DNA of 63,751 nt, the filler included, from Octopus bimaculoides (lineage: Eukaryota), in assembly GCF_001194135.2 (NCBI RefSeq). It is 5 parts of 5 records of this genome, joined end to end, with 100 filler letters (N's around TTAATTAATTAA, not from the genome) between each part and the next. Parts side by side here need not be neighbours in the genome. Positions count along the whole stretch, not along the records: positions 36,885 to 55,060 come from NC_068992.1; positions 55,161 to 62,177 come from NC_068984.1; positions 62,278 to 63,751 come from NW_026416145.1; 2 more parts are not named here. The stretch is one strand, 5' to 3'. The notes beneath the pieces are model-generated. The model had not been told where the DNA came from. It ran no database searches and was given only the letters and a program-made list of their open reading frames with translations. The translations under genes were made by a program, and so were the position numbers. Numbering within the stretch: position 1 is the stretch's first letter; each line of letters opens with the position of its first letter. This document shows positions 53,961 to 63,751 of the stretch, piece after piece.

Positions 53961-53977
53961 CAGCGATCTATTATGGC

Positions 53978-54042
<65 letters not shown>

Positions 54043-54219
54043 CATACATATATATATAAATCCAAGTGTTACGGTCGATCTTACCAATCGGTTTTGTACT
54101 GGGGATTCAACGGATATATAATACTATACACCTCAATTAATATACCCACTCTATTGACAAATATACGAGTGCATATTTTATCTGACTTATGGATTCTAGG
54201 GGTTTACTTGGAAGGAGAT

Positions 54220-54350
54220 TACCATATTTTAACGCGTATAAGGAACCATTGTGTATAAGGAACCCCCTAATTTTTGGGGTTTAAAATTTGGAAAAAAAGT
54301 TTTGTAAAGAATTATAATACCATCTATGTATAAGAAACCCCCATATTTTT
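54220..54350. mobile_element. Tc1/pogo-like MITE fragment
   Basis: Starts TACCATATTTTAACGCGTATAAG, with internal TATAAG(G)AACCCC repeats; no right end found. Confidence 0.4.
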
Positions 54351-54369
54351 TAAAAAGAAAAAAAAGTAA

Positions 54370-54800
54370 GCATACACGGTATACACTGAAAAAGAGGGGA
54401 CCTATGCATAGCATACAAAGGTTAAAAAAGTGACGGGGAAGATGATAGAGATGTGGCCCTCCTGATACAGGATGACCTCTAGGGATAATCAAGGAACCCC
54501 ACTGTCCGAGATTTCCCTGAAACCCTAGGTGCAACTGCCATCTACAATTCCTTCCCTCTGACTCACAGATCTACAAATAGAAAGGTACCATCCACTCTTG
54601 CCATTTTCGCACCTCTCACCCATCTTTCAATAAACTCATTTGAGGACAGCACTTCTCTCCCCACTCTCAATTTTCTTTTCAAGTGGAACTTGAAGAAGTT
54701 AATGAGAGATCTATCAAAGAGGAATGTATCTGTCCTCATGCCTTTCAGCCTTGTCCACCAAACACCTGCGAGGTCATGCGCTGTTTATCTTGATATGAGA
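54370..54800 (-). mobile_element. Tx1/L1-like LINE 3' fragment
   Basis: VWWTRLKGMRTDTFLFDRSLINFFKFHLKRKLRVGREVLSSNEFIERWVRGAKMARVDGTFLFVDL* (stop 54562-54564), followed by a 3' UTR. Confidence 0.65.
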
Positions 54801-54925
54801 TCGCCATGTTGCGCACATATGGTTGTGATGCATGTGCCTGGTGTACCCTTATCAGACGGGTAGTCATGATGAGTATAATGGGCTTCGCATATTTCACTTT
54901 GATGGCATGCATTGCTCTCTCACTC

Positions 54926-54999
<74 letters not shown>

Positions 55000-55842
55000 T
55001 AAATGCCAACATTATGGAATAGCAACAGAAAAAAGATGGTATAAACACACGCCAGAAAAGNNNNNNNNNNNNNNNNNNNNNNNNNNNNNNNNNNNNNNNN
55101 NNNNTTAATTAATTAANNNNNNNNNNNNNNNNNNNNNNNNNNNNNNNNNNNNNNNNNNNNTATATATGTATACAGAGAGTGAGGGACAGAGAGAGAACTT
55201 AATACTACTAAAGTTTATTTATGCGTGTTTTAATTCCAGTGGTGTGCTAAATTGAAACCCTAAATGATGTATGTAGAAAAATATTTTAATTCTTTGTTAA
55301 ATAAGACCCTAAATCATATATACAGGAAATAGTTTCATTACACTTTTAACTTAAACTGAAGGCTGAAGTCATAGACTCAAGTCATTAACTGTGGATAAAT
55401 CAATCATTGCACTACATGCCTCAACCAAATAATCTTGTTTGAATTGAACTAAATGAAATATAGAGACTTTTATTAAATTCCCCTGTCACTTAGTCTAACT
55501 CTAATGCAATTTTCTCAAAGTGTTAGCTATTGGGGATTTTCACACCTTGTTCAAAGTCTTGTAAAATCTGTGTACTTTCCTACAACCTAGGAATTGAAAA
55601 CATCATTAATATTGTTGTTGATATTATTATTGTCATTTTTCAACTATTATCAAAACAAATGTAAAAATAATAGAAAATTTGCTAAGTGTTAATGTTTACA
55701 GATATTCATGCAGTCTTCTCATTGTTCTAGGAAAACATTTCTGTTACCAATTTCCAAAACAAACTCATATTTTCTCAGTATTCTATTAACTTCAGTTTTT
55801 TATGTAAAAAAAAATATCAACCATGTCAAAAATGTTAAGTAA

Positions 55843-56058
55843 CAGGTGCCAACGTGACTGTGTGGTGAGAAGCTTGTTTCTCAACCACATGGTTCCAGGT
55901 TCAGTCTCACTGTCTGGCACCTTGGTCAAGTGTCTTCTGCTATAGCCTCAAATCAACTAAAACCTAGTGAGACTTTTTTTTTGGAAGGGGGGGGGGTGAA
56001 AATAATAAATGGAAACTGAACGAAGCCTGTCATATATATGTGTGTGTGNNNNNNNNNN

Positions 56059-56105
<47 letters not shown>

Positions 56106-56398
56106 TGTGTATGTATATATATGTGTGTTTGTGTTTATGTGTTATGTGTCTTTGCATCTGTGTTTGTCTCCCACCACCACTTGATGACAATTGATGTTGG
56201 TGTTTTTACTTCCCCATACCTTAGTGATTTGGCAAAATAGACTGATAGAATAAGTACCAAGCTTAACAAAAAAAAAAAAAAGTAAATAAATAAATAGATA
56301 AATACTGGTGTCGATTTATTCAACTAAAACAAATTGTTCAAACCAGTACCCCAACATGGCCACAGTCTAGTGACCGAAACAAATAAAAGATAAAAAGT
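55843..56398 (+). mobile_element. SINE family B, CpG-decayed copy
   Basis: Collinear with 29861-30201, with many CG changed to CA/TG. Confidence 0.85.
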
Positions 56399-56882
56399 AA
56401 CAATGTGGGTTGATATGTAATACAGTAATTACAAATATGATGTATGTCAAGACAAAGTGAACAAAATATCATAATAAAATCTTATAGTCCTTGAGTTTAA
56501 ATCTAATGCAGATAGTTGTTATGCTGTTGTTTAGTCCTAAATTAGCCTTGACCAAGCAAACCTCTGATCAAAGGCACTCCAAAAATGACCCGTCCTCCTT
56601 TTGTGTGACTAGTTATCATTCTCATTGGAATAGCTTCCTTTTCTTGATATTGATTAATCTTTTTGCATTTAAACTGACCATATCCGGCCCAAATATTCTA
56701 CCTGTTTCATACTGGAACTGGCTAGATCCAGCCTCTTGCACCTACCCGACAATGTTATTTTATAACTGAACAGTCATATCATCAAAATCTCGAAGCTATG
56801 AGACAATGCAGGATTAATACAGAAGAAAGTGAATATGTAAGCATTACACTTGAAAGGGAAATCTGAATACTAAAGGGTTAAC

Positions 56883-58451
56883 ATTGCATTGTTTGTCGCT
56901 AAGTCTGTGAAGTCTCACAGAATTGGAAAAACATTACTTCACCCAGTTATCAAAGAGGTTTTGTCAACCGTTATGCATGAAAAACCCAATAACATTATGA
57001 AGAAGGTCCCATTTAGTGATAACACAATTTCTCGAAGCATCGATGAAATGGCTAACGATGTCAAACATCAGCTCATTAATATCCTCCAGTGCTCTGAATT
57101 TTCTATACAAGTGGCTGAATCAACTGCTGTGGACAATCAATGTTTGATGATGGTATATGTCCGGTATTTCAGTGAAGACCTTCAACTTTGTGAGGAAATG
57201 CTGTTCACAGAGAATTTGCCACTTGATTCAAGAGGTGCAACTATTTTTCACACTCTCAAGTCTTTCCTTTTTGAACATAATATCCCACTCAGTAATATTC
57301 TTGCCTGTGCATCTGATGGAGCCCCTTCAACGATAGGAATATACAGAAGTCTTTCATCTCTCCTAAAGCATGAAATTTCACACCAGATACTAACTGTTCA
57401 TTGCTTGGCACACCAGCATCATTTAGTAGCAAAGATTATGAATGGTAGGTTGAATGATGCACTACAGTTAGTTATCAAGACTGAACAAATTGAAGTCGAG
57501 TCCCTTGTCTGATCAAATTCTCCATTAACTCTGTCTGAGAAATGGTGAGGACCATACTAAACTCTTATACCCTACCGAAGTGCAGTGGCTGTGAAAAAGA
57601 AACTGTATTTTACGCTTTGATGAACTGTTTCATATAATCATATCTTTCTTTGAAGATACTCCACTATCCACTTCATTGATGGCTGTAAAGGTGTGATATC
57701 TTTTTTCTTTGTGATATATTCACAAAATTAAATGATTTGAATTAGTCATTGCAAGGAAACACAAAAACTCCCGTTGATTGTAAATCATTTATCATTACTT
57801 TCATTTTGAAGTTAGTATTGTATTCGAAACATATTCAAAACGTCAATTCCATCATTTTCCACAACTTGATTCTTTTAAAGATGAATTATTTGATGAGGAT
57901 TTAACTACATATCACAACTATTTACAATCATTGCATGATAACATGGTGAAGTGATTTCAAGATGCTATTGCGCTGAATATCCCAAATTGGTATAGCAGTC
58001 CATTTGAGGAAACATCTGAAATTACTTTTGCTTACTTCATACCTGGTTGAATCTGGTTTTAACCATGTTGGAACTTTGCTTTCTCATAAAAGAATTGGAC
58101 TGGATGTGACACAAAGAAAAGACTTGCAGCTAAAGTTGACAAGTTTGAAACCGAATGTATCTCTACTAGCTGCATCACACCAGACACATGGTTCTCATTA
58201 AAAAGTTTTATTCTTTTCTGAACTAAACCCACAATAAGGGATTTGTAAACAATCACATATTTAGTACAAACACCACTAACAGGGCAACAAATCGATGATA
58301 TAGAGTGTGTGTCAAATGATATGGGGATGGCTAGGAGGTTTTGTGTTGGGTGTTGTGACAAGGTTTTTATTACACAGGTGGGCGATGGAGCATTTTTTGG
58401 CCGATAGGTGGGCAATATTGCAGTTTGGCATGAAAGGTTTGGGAAACACTG
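56883..58451 (+). mobile_element. hAT (Charlie/Buster, ZBED5/FAM200-like) transposon relic with right TIR
   Basis: 207-aa ORF with SDNTISRSI, FSIQV(A)EST, SDGAPS and HCLAH; frameshifted middle; C-terminal TSYLVESGF..KR..LD..DLQLKLT..PNV..L...HQ.H.SH*; ends GTTTGGGAAACACTG at 58451. Confidence 0.92.
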
Positions 58452-58548
58452 ATACACACACACACACACACACACTTATGAGTGTTTGCAGTTGTTAATT
58501 GGTATTAGGAGGCATTCAGACAAGCCATGCTAAGAATGAAGGAATGTA

Positions 58549-59414
58549 TTGGGTCATCCCATCAATAATACTTCTTTTGTTTTTCAAAATTAAGATAAAC
58601 AAAGTTCTTTTTTAATCTAAAATATATTCTCTTTCATTTTCTATGATGCTCTTCCATTTACCTGGTAGACTTGCAAGGCTGCTCTTCCAAAATTCACTTG
58701 TCCACTCCTCCACTACTATTCTGACCATGTCTACAGAATTCATATTTTTACATTGAAATAATTTTGAAGACTGCAGAATAAATGAAAATCAGATGGGGCA
58801 ATGTCCAGCAAATATTGTGGATGGGGCATCGTTTCTCATTGGAATAGCTCCAGCCTTTGGAATGTCATCCTTGCTGTATGTGGCCAAGTATGATCCTGAT
58901 GGAAGAATACCTGTCATCTTAAAACCAAAGATGGTTGTTATTCTTCTAGCACAGGTGTTGATTAATGGATGAATGACCAGATATAAGCTTTTCTGCTAGT
59001 TCCTCAACAGTTACAATGGGATTTTTTTCCACTTGGGTTTGCAGGATGTCCTCGTGAAGCTCTACAGATCTTCCAGGATGAGGCTCATCTTCTAGGCTGC
59101 AGTTTTCAGCTTGAATTTTCTGGAACCACCATTGACACTGGCTTATATTTATTGTCTGATCCTCACACTTGTTGCCTTTATTGAACTCATAAAGCGAAAT
59201 ATGGCAAGTATGCTCCTTTGTTACTTCCATTATAGCTTTAAAAAAATAACTGTTAAGATCAAACTGAACTCTTCAAAACTTGCACTAAGAATAAGCAGAA
59301 GGTAAAAATTAGTACCTGCTTTTATAGCAAGTTGATGCAGGTAGTCTATCTCAACCCCACTCTGACTTTTAGTTCATGCAATTGAAAAACAGTATTATTT
59401 ATGGGATGACCCAA
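58549..59414 (-). mobile_element. Mariner deletion derivative with TIRs and TA TSD
   Basis: TA|TTGGGTCATCCCAT ... ATGGGATGACCCAA|TA; 58946-59230 encodes WFQKI..ENCSLEDEPHPGRSVE..VEKNPIVTVEELAEKL (mariner HTH N-terminus). Confidence 0.9.
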
Positions 59415-59525
59415 TACAAGAGTGAATTGTTATCCTCTGACCCATGTAGGTGGTCAGTAAATCCCAATGAAGACTCAAACAATGATTCCTCCATCTAACC
59501 TATGACAGCATACAAAGCAAACATG

Positions 59526-59581
<56 letters not shown>

Positions 59582-60038
59582 TTTATTGATGTTTGCTTCT
59601 ATATCATTGATTTCTTTCCTGAAATTTATTTTGCATGATTTTTTTTTTCTTATTGCTATTTTACATGATTATTTTTATAAGTGACAACTATATTTGATAA
59701 AATCAGTTGCAATAAATTACTGGTACTTATTTGGAAAGTAAAGTTATCTCACAAACAATTCTACACTCTGGAATATGTAGATAAAATAAGACAGAATAGT
59801 ATAGAATAATATGAATCTGTTATATTTTCTACTTTAAATATTTTTTCTGCCCTCAGAAATGGTATAAACAGCAACAAGAACCGGATGAACTTAACGAGTT
59901 AACATTTACGAAAAATAAAACCAGAAAGTTTCGTATTGAAAATACATATGTATTGTATTATATATATATATATATATATTGTGTGTGTGTATGTGCACAC
60001 GTGCACATGTTGTATTTATGTATGTATCTATCTATCTA

Positions 60039-60143
<105 letters not shown>

Positions 60144-60385
60144 ATATAAATATATATATATGATTATTTTAGTAGAGAAACTTCAGCAAATGCCTTTTTA
60201 TTTTATATTTTCACATACAGACCCAAAGAGTTATCTGATGCAGCTTAAGTATCCAAAACCTAACAACACCAAAAACACATTAGACTAAACAGAAAGAAAG
60301 AAAAAAATGTTAAAACTGAATTGGAGGAAAAGAATTGTTGGCACTTTATTTATTTATTTATTTATCTATTTTTCTATGTATTTAT

Positions 60386-60617
60386 TTATTTATTTATTTT
60401 CCTTTTAATTTGCCAAACAATGTTTGGTAAATCTCCAGCAGCATCTGTACCTCCTAAATGTTCTAATTCGATCAGAGCCATAAATCCTGCCAAAGAACCA
60501 TTTTTATTCTGCTGAACTTGTTTTTCATTTGAGTAAATCGAAATTGCATGGCTATTCTTTGAAGAATCAGTTCTCAAGTCATATAACAAGACACATAAAG
60601 GAACAGTAGGGAGATTC
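60386..60617 (-). CDS. Candidate exon, unknown product
   Basis: Open frame NLPTVPLCVLLYDLRTD..GSLAGFMALIELEHLGGTDAAGDLPNIVWQIKRKINK*, complex sequence in a CpG-poor domain; the acceptor is ambiguous. Confidence 0.25.
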
Positions 60618-60624
60618 TAATCTG

Positions 60625-60695
60625 AAAGCTGCTGCTGCTACTGCTGCTGCAACTATTCTAATTTACTAAGAATACTACAGCTTGTACTGTTTTAG

Positions 60696-60733
<38 letters not shown>

Positions 60734-60760
60734 ACAACAACACTACTGCTGCTGCTACAA

Positions 60761-60808
<48 letters not shown>

Positions 60809-60810
60809 AA
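60625..60810. repeat. Compound (CTG)n/(CTA)n microsatellite
   Basis: Direct reading. Confidence 0.9.
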
Positions 60811-61326
60811 GTACTGTGACTAAGTTGTTAGATGATTGGGTTTTACTTTATAATTTAGATTTTGAAACAGGCTTTGTTTTCTATTTGTGTGTGTGTGTGT
60901 GTTTGTACATGTCCCTGTGTGTGTGTACCTGTGCCTGTGTATGTGTGTTCTTTCATTAATTTATTTGCTTTACTTCTGATTTGTTTTATACTAAAATGGG
61001 TTAGACTAATACGTATTACAGAGGAATTGTTTTACAGCAAAACAGCTTCTCTGTTATTAACCCTTACCTGTTTTTTCTAATGAAGGCGTTTTAATTGCAC
61101 ATGCCTTTAGAAGTGCAAAGTTACCAGATTATTTGTTGACTGGGAAATATCAAAAAACCATTATTTATAAATTATGTAATGATGCTCATTACCTAATTTC
61201 TTGTTCCCCTGCTCGCTTATATAATCTTTAATTACACTTTGTACTTCACTATGCATTTTTCTGAAGCAAAAGTATTTGAGTTCTAACACCAGATTATTAG
61301 CATTGATATGCCTAAGTGAAATATTA

Positions 61327-61389
<63 letters not shown>

Positions 61390-61404
61390 GACTTGTGACA
61401 AAAT

Positions 61405-61660
61405 GCTGTGCTTGGCAAGAAGACCCATCAAACCAAGTGAAATCATAGTTGTGTCATGCAACTGGCACCCATGCCAGTGGTACATGAAAGCACCCATTAC
61501 ACTCTCAGAGTGGTTGGCATTAGGAAGAGTTTCCAACCAGAGAAACCATGCCAAATCAGACTGGAGTCTGGTGCAGCCCCTCAGCTTACTAGCCCTGGTC
61601 AAACCGTCCAACCCATGCCAGCATGGACAATGGATCTTAAATGATGATAATGATGTTGAT
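61405..61660 (+). mobile_element. Family D short interspersed element (RTE-type 3' tail, inferred), CpG-decayed
   Basis: GAGTGGTTGGCATTAGGAAG..CCAACCCATGCCAGCATGGA..TTAAATGATGAT; reverse-complement match to 61965-62177. Confidence 0.8.
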
Positions 61661-61964
61661 GAAATATATATATCATTTGCTTGTTTCAATTATTAGTCTC
61701 TGGCTATGTTGAGGCACTGCCTTAAATTATTTACTCTTTTATTCTTTTACTTGTTTCAGTCATTTGCCTGTGGCCATGCTGGAGCATTGCCTTCAAGGGT
61801 CTTTAGTCAAACAAGTCGACTCCAGGGCTTATTTTTTAAAGTCTTGTATTTACTCTATTAGTCTCTTTACAAAGTTAGAGATGTAAACAGACCAACACTG
61901 GTTGTTGAGCAGTGATGGGGAACAAACACAAAGACACACACACATACACATGTACATATATATA

Positions 61965-62177
61965 CATCATCATCATCATCATCATCATCATCGTTTAACG
62001 TCCGCTTTCCATGCTAGCATGGGTTGGACGATTTGACTGAGGACTGGTGAAACCGGATGGCAACACCAGGCTCCAGTCTAATTTGGCAGAGTTTCTACAG
62101 CTGGATGCCCTTCCTAACGCCAACCACTCAGAGAGTGTAGTGGGTGCTTTTACGTGTCACCCGCACGAAAACGGCCA
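61965..62177 (-). mobile_element. Family D element, young CpG-retaining copy (truncated by gap)
   Basis: (ATC)n-GTTTAACGTCCGCTTTCCATGCTAGCATGGGTTGGACG..GGATGCCCTTCCTAACGCCAACCAC. Confidence 0.85.
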
Positions 62178-62277
62178 NNNNNNNNNNNNNNNNNNNNNNN
62201 NNNNNNNNNNNNNNNNNNNNNTTAATTAATTAANNNNNNNNNNNNNNNNNNNNNNNNNNNNNNNNNNNNNNNNNNNN

Positions 62278-63750
62278 GTTACAGAAACCACAAGTAACGC
62301 AGACATTCCGACTTCTGTAACAATAAAAAGTGATGTGACAACAGTTGTTACAGAAACCACAAGTAACGCAGACATTCCGACTTCTGTAACAATAAATAGT
62401 GATATGACAACAGATGTTACTGAAACCACAAGTAACGCAGACATTCCGACTTCTGTAGCGAGCGAAAGCTATGTCACAACCGTGGTTACAGGTACGTTAG
62501 ACAATAACACAGACATTACCACTTCAGTAACAAGCAAAACCAATGTAACAACTGATGTTTCAGGTAAGTTAGACAGTAACACAAGCACTCCCACTTCTGT
62601 AACAATAAAAAGTGATATGACAACGGATGTTATAGAAATCACAAGTAACGCAGACATTCCAACTTCTGTAACAATAAATAGTGATGTGACAACAGTTGTT
62701 ACAGAAACCACAAGTAACGCAGATATTCCAACTTCTGTAACAATAAAAAATGATGTGACAACAGATGTTACAGAAACCACAAGTAACGCAGACATTCCAA
62801 CTTCTGTAACAATAAATAGTGATGTGACAACAGGTGTTACAGAAACCACAAGTAACGCACACATTCCGACTTCTGTAACAATAAATAGTGATGTGACAAC
62901 AGATGTTACAGAAACCACAAGTAACGCAGACATTCCGAATTCTGTAGCGAGCGAAAGCTATGTCACAACCGTGGTTACAGGTACGTTAGACAATAACACA
63001 GACATTACCACTTCAGTAACAAGCAAAACCAATGTAACAACTGATGTTTCAGGTAAGTTAGACAGTAACACAAGCACTCCCACTTCTGTAATAATAAAAA
63101 GTGATATGACAACGGATGTTACAGAAACCACAAGTAACGCAGACATTCCAACTTCTGTAACAATAAATAGTGATGTGACAACAGATGTTACAGAAACCAC
63201 GAGTAACGCCGATATTCCAACTTCTGTAACAATAAAAAGTGATGTGACAACAGATGTTACAGAAACCTCAAGTAACGCAGATATTCCAACTTCTGTAACA
63301 ATAAATAGTGATGTGACAACAGATGTTACAGAAACCACAAGTAATGCAGATATTCCAACTTCTGTAACAATAAATAGTGATATGACAACAGATGTTACAG
63401 AAACCACAAGTAACGCAGATATTCCAGCTTCTGTAACAATAAAAAGTGATGTGACAACAGATGTTACAGAAACCACAGGTAACGCAGATATTCCGACTTC
63501 TGTAACAATAAATAGTGATGTGACAACAGATGTTACAGAAACCACAAGTAACGCAGATATTCCAACTTCTGTAACAATAAATAGTGATACGACAACAGAT
63601 GTTACAGAAACCACAAGTAACGCAGATATTCCAGCTTCTGTAACAATAAATAGTGATGTGACAACAGATGTTACAGAAACCTCAAGTAACGCAGATATTC
63701 AAACTTCTGTAACAATAAAAAGTGATGTGACAACAGATGTTACAGAAACC
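62278..63750 (+). CDS. Partial mucin-like / low-complexity Thr-Ser-Val-Asp-rich exon, about 21 repeats of VTETTSNADIPTSVTI(N/K)SDVTTD; open at both ends
   Basis: 491 codons without a stop in frame +1; 69-bp unit; unit-to-unit changes include many synonymous ones (GAC/GAT, CCA/CCG, ACA/ACT/ACG, GCA/GCC, AAC/AAT) and all length changes are multiples of 3. Confidence 0.75.
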
Positions 63751-63751
63751 T
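62278..63751. repeat. 69-bp tandem minisatellite with a 489-bp higher-order block
   Basis: The variant block (GCGAGCGAAAGCTAT..) recurs at 62458 and 62947: 5x69 + 2x72 = 489. Confidence 0.97.

Noticed and set aside
62226-63614. Minus-strand hydrophobic ORFs (MSALLVVSVTSVVTSLFIVTEVG repeats)
   Set aside because: Antisense shadows of the plus-strand repeat. They are broken by stops at the variant blocks, while the plus frame stays open and carries the synonymous variation.
62278-63751. CRISPR-like array
   Set aside because: Contiguous tandem units with no unique spacers, in eukaryotic context, with no cas genes.

Overview
Eukaryotic, AT-rich, very repeat-dense DNA from a gappy draft assembly. 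The SINE families, the (TA)n/(CA)n/(TTA)n/(GAT)n microsatellite load and the retroelement mix look most like an octopus/cephalopod genome; this is inference from recognising the repeats, not a database match. No rRNA, intact tRNA, CRISPR or complete gene is visible, and nearly all entries in the ORF track are microsatellite or N-run artefacts. Supported content: (1) many copies of at least four short interspersed families; (2) relics of non-LTR retrotransposons (R4/Dong, HERO, Tx1/L1, RTE, Penelope-like with minimal-hammerhead architecture); (3) DNA transposon relics (hAT Charlie/Buster type, mariner, MITEs, fold-backs); (4) a plus-strand Thr/Ser/Val/Asp-rich 69-bp tandem-repeat reading frame at 62278-63751 that the ORF track missed, probably a mucin-like exon. 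The most unusual object is a 608-bp element at 41818-42425. It has perfect 37-bp GG-terminal TIRs, an 8-bp TSD (Merlin-like), a second pair of ~86-bp inner inverted arms, and a central outward-pointing telomeric palindrome (CCCTAA)n-CCCT|AGGG-(TTAGGG)n. It is nested in an older fold-back that also received two retro-insertions at one site. Also notable: a tRNA-headed, Penelope/hammerhead-tailed composite repeat at 21.7-22.1 kb and a CpG-decayed domain from about 55.1 kb.
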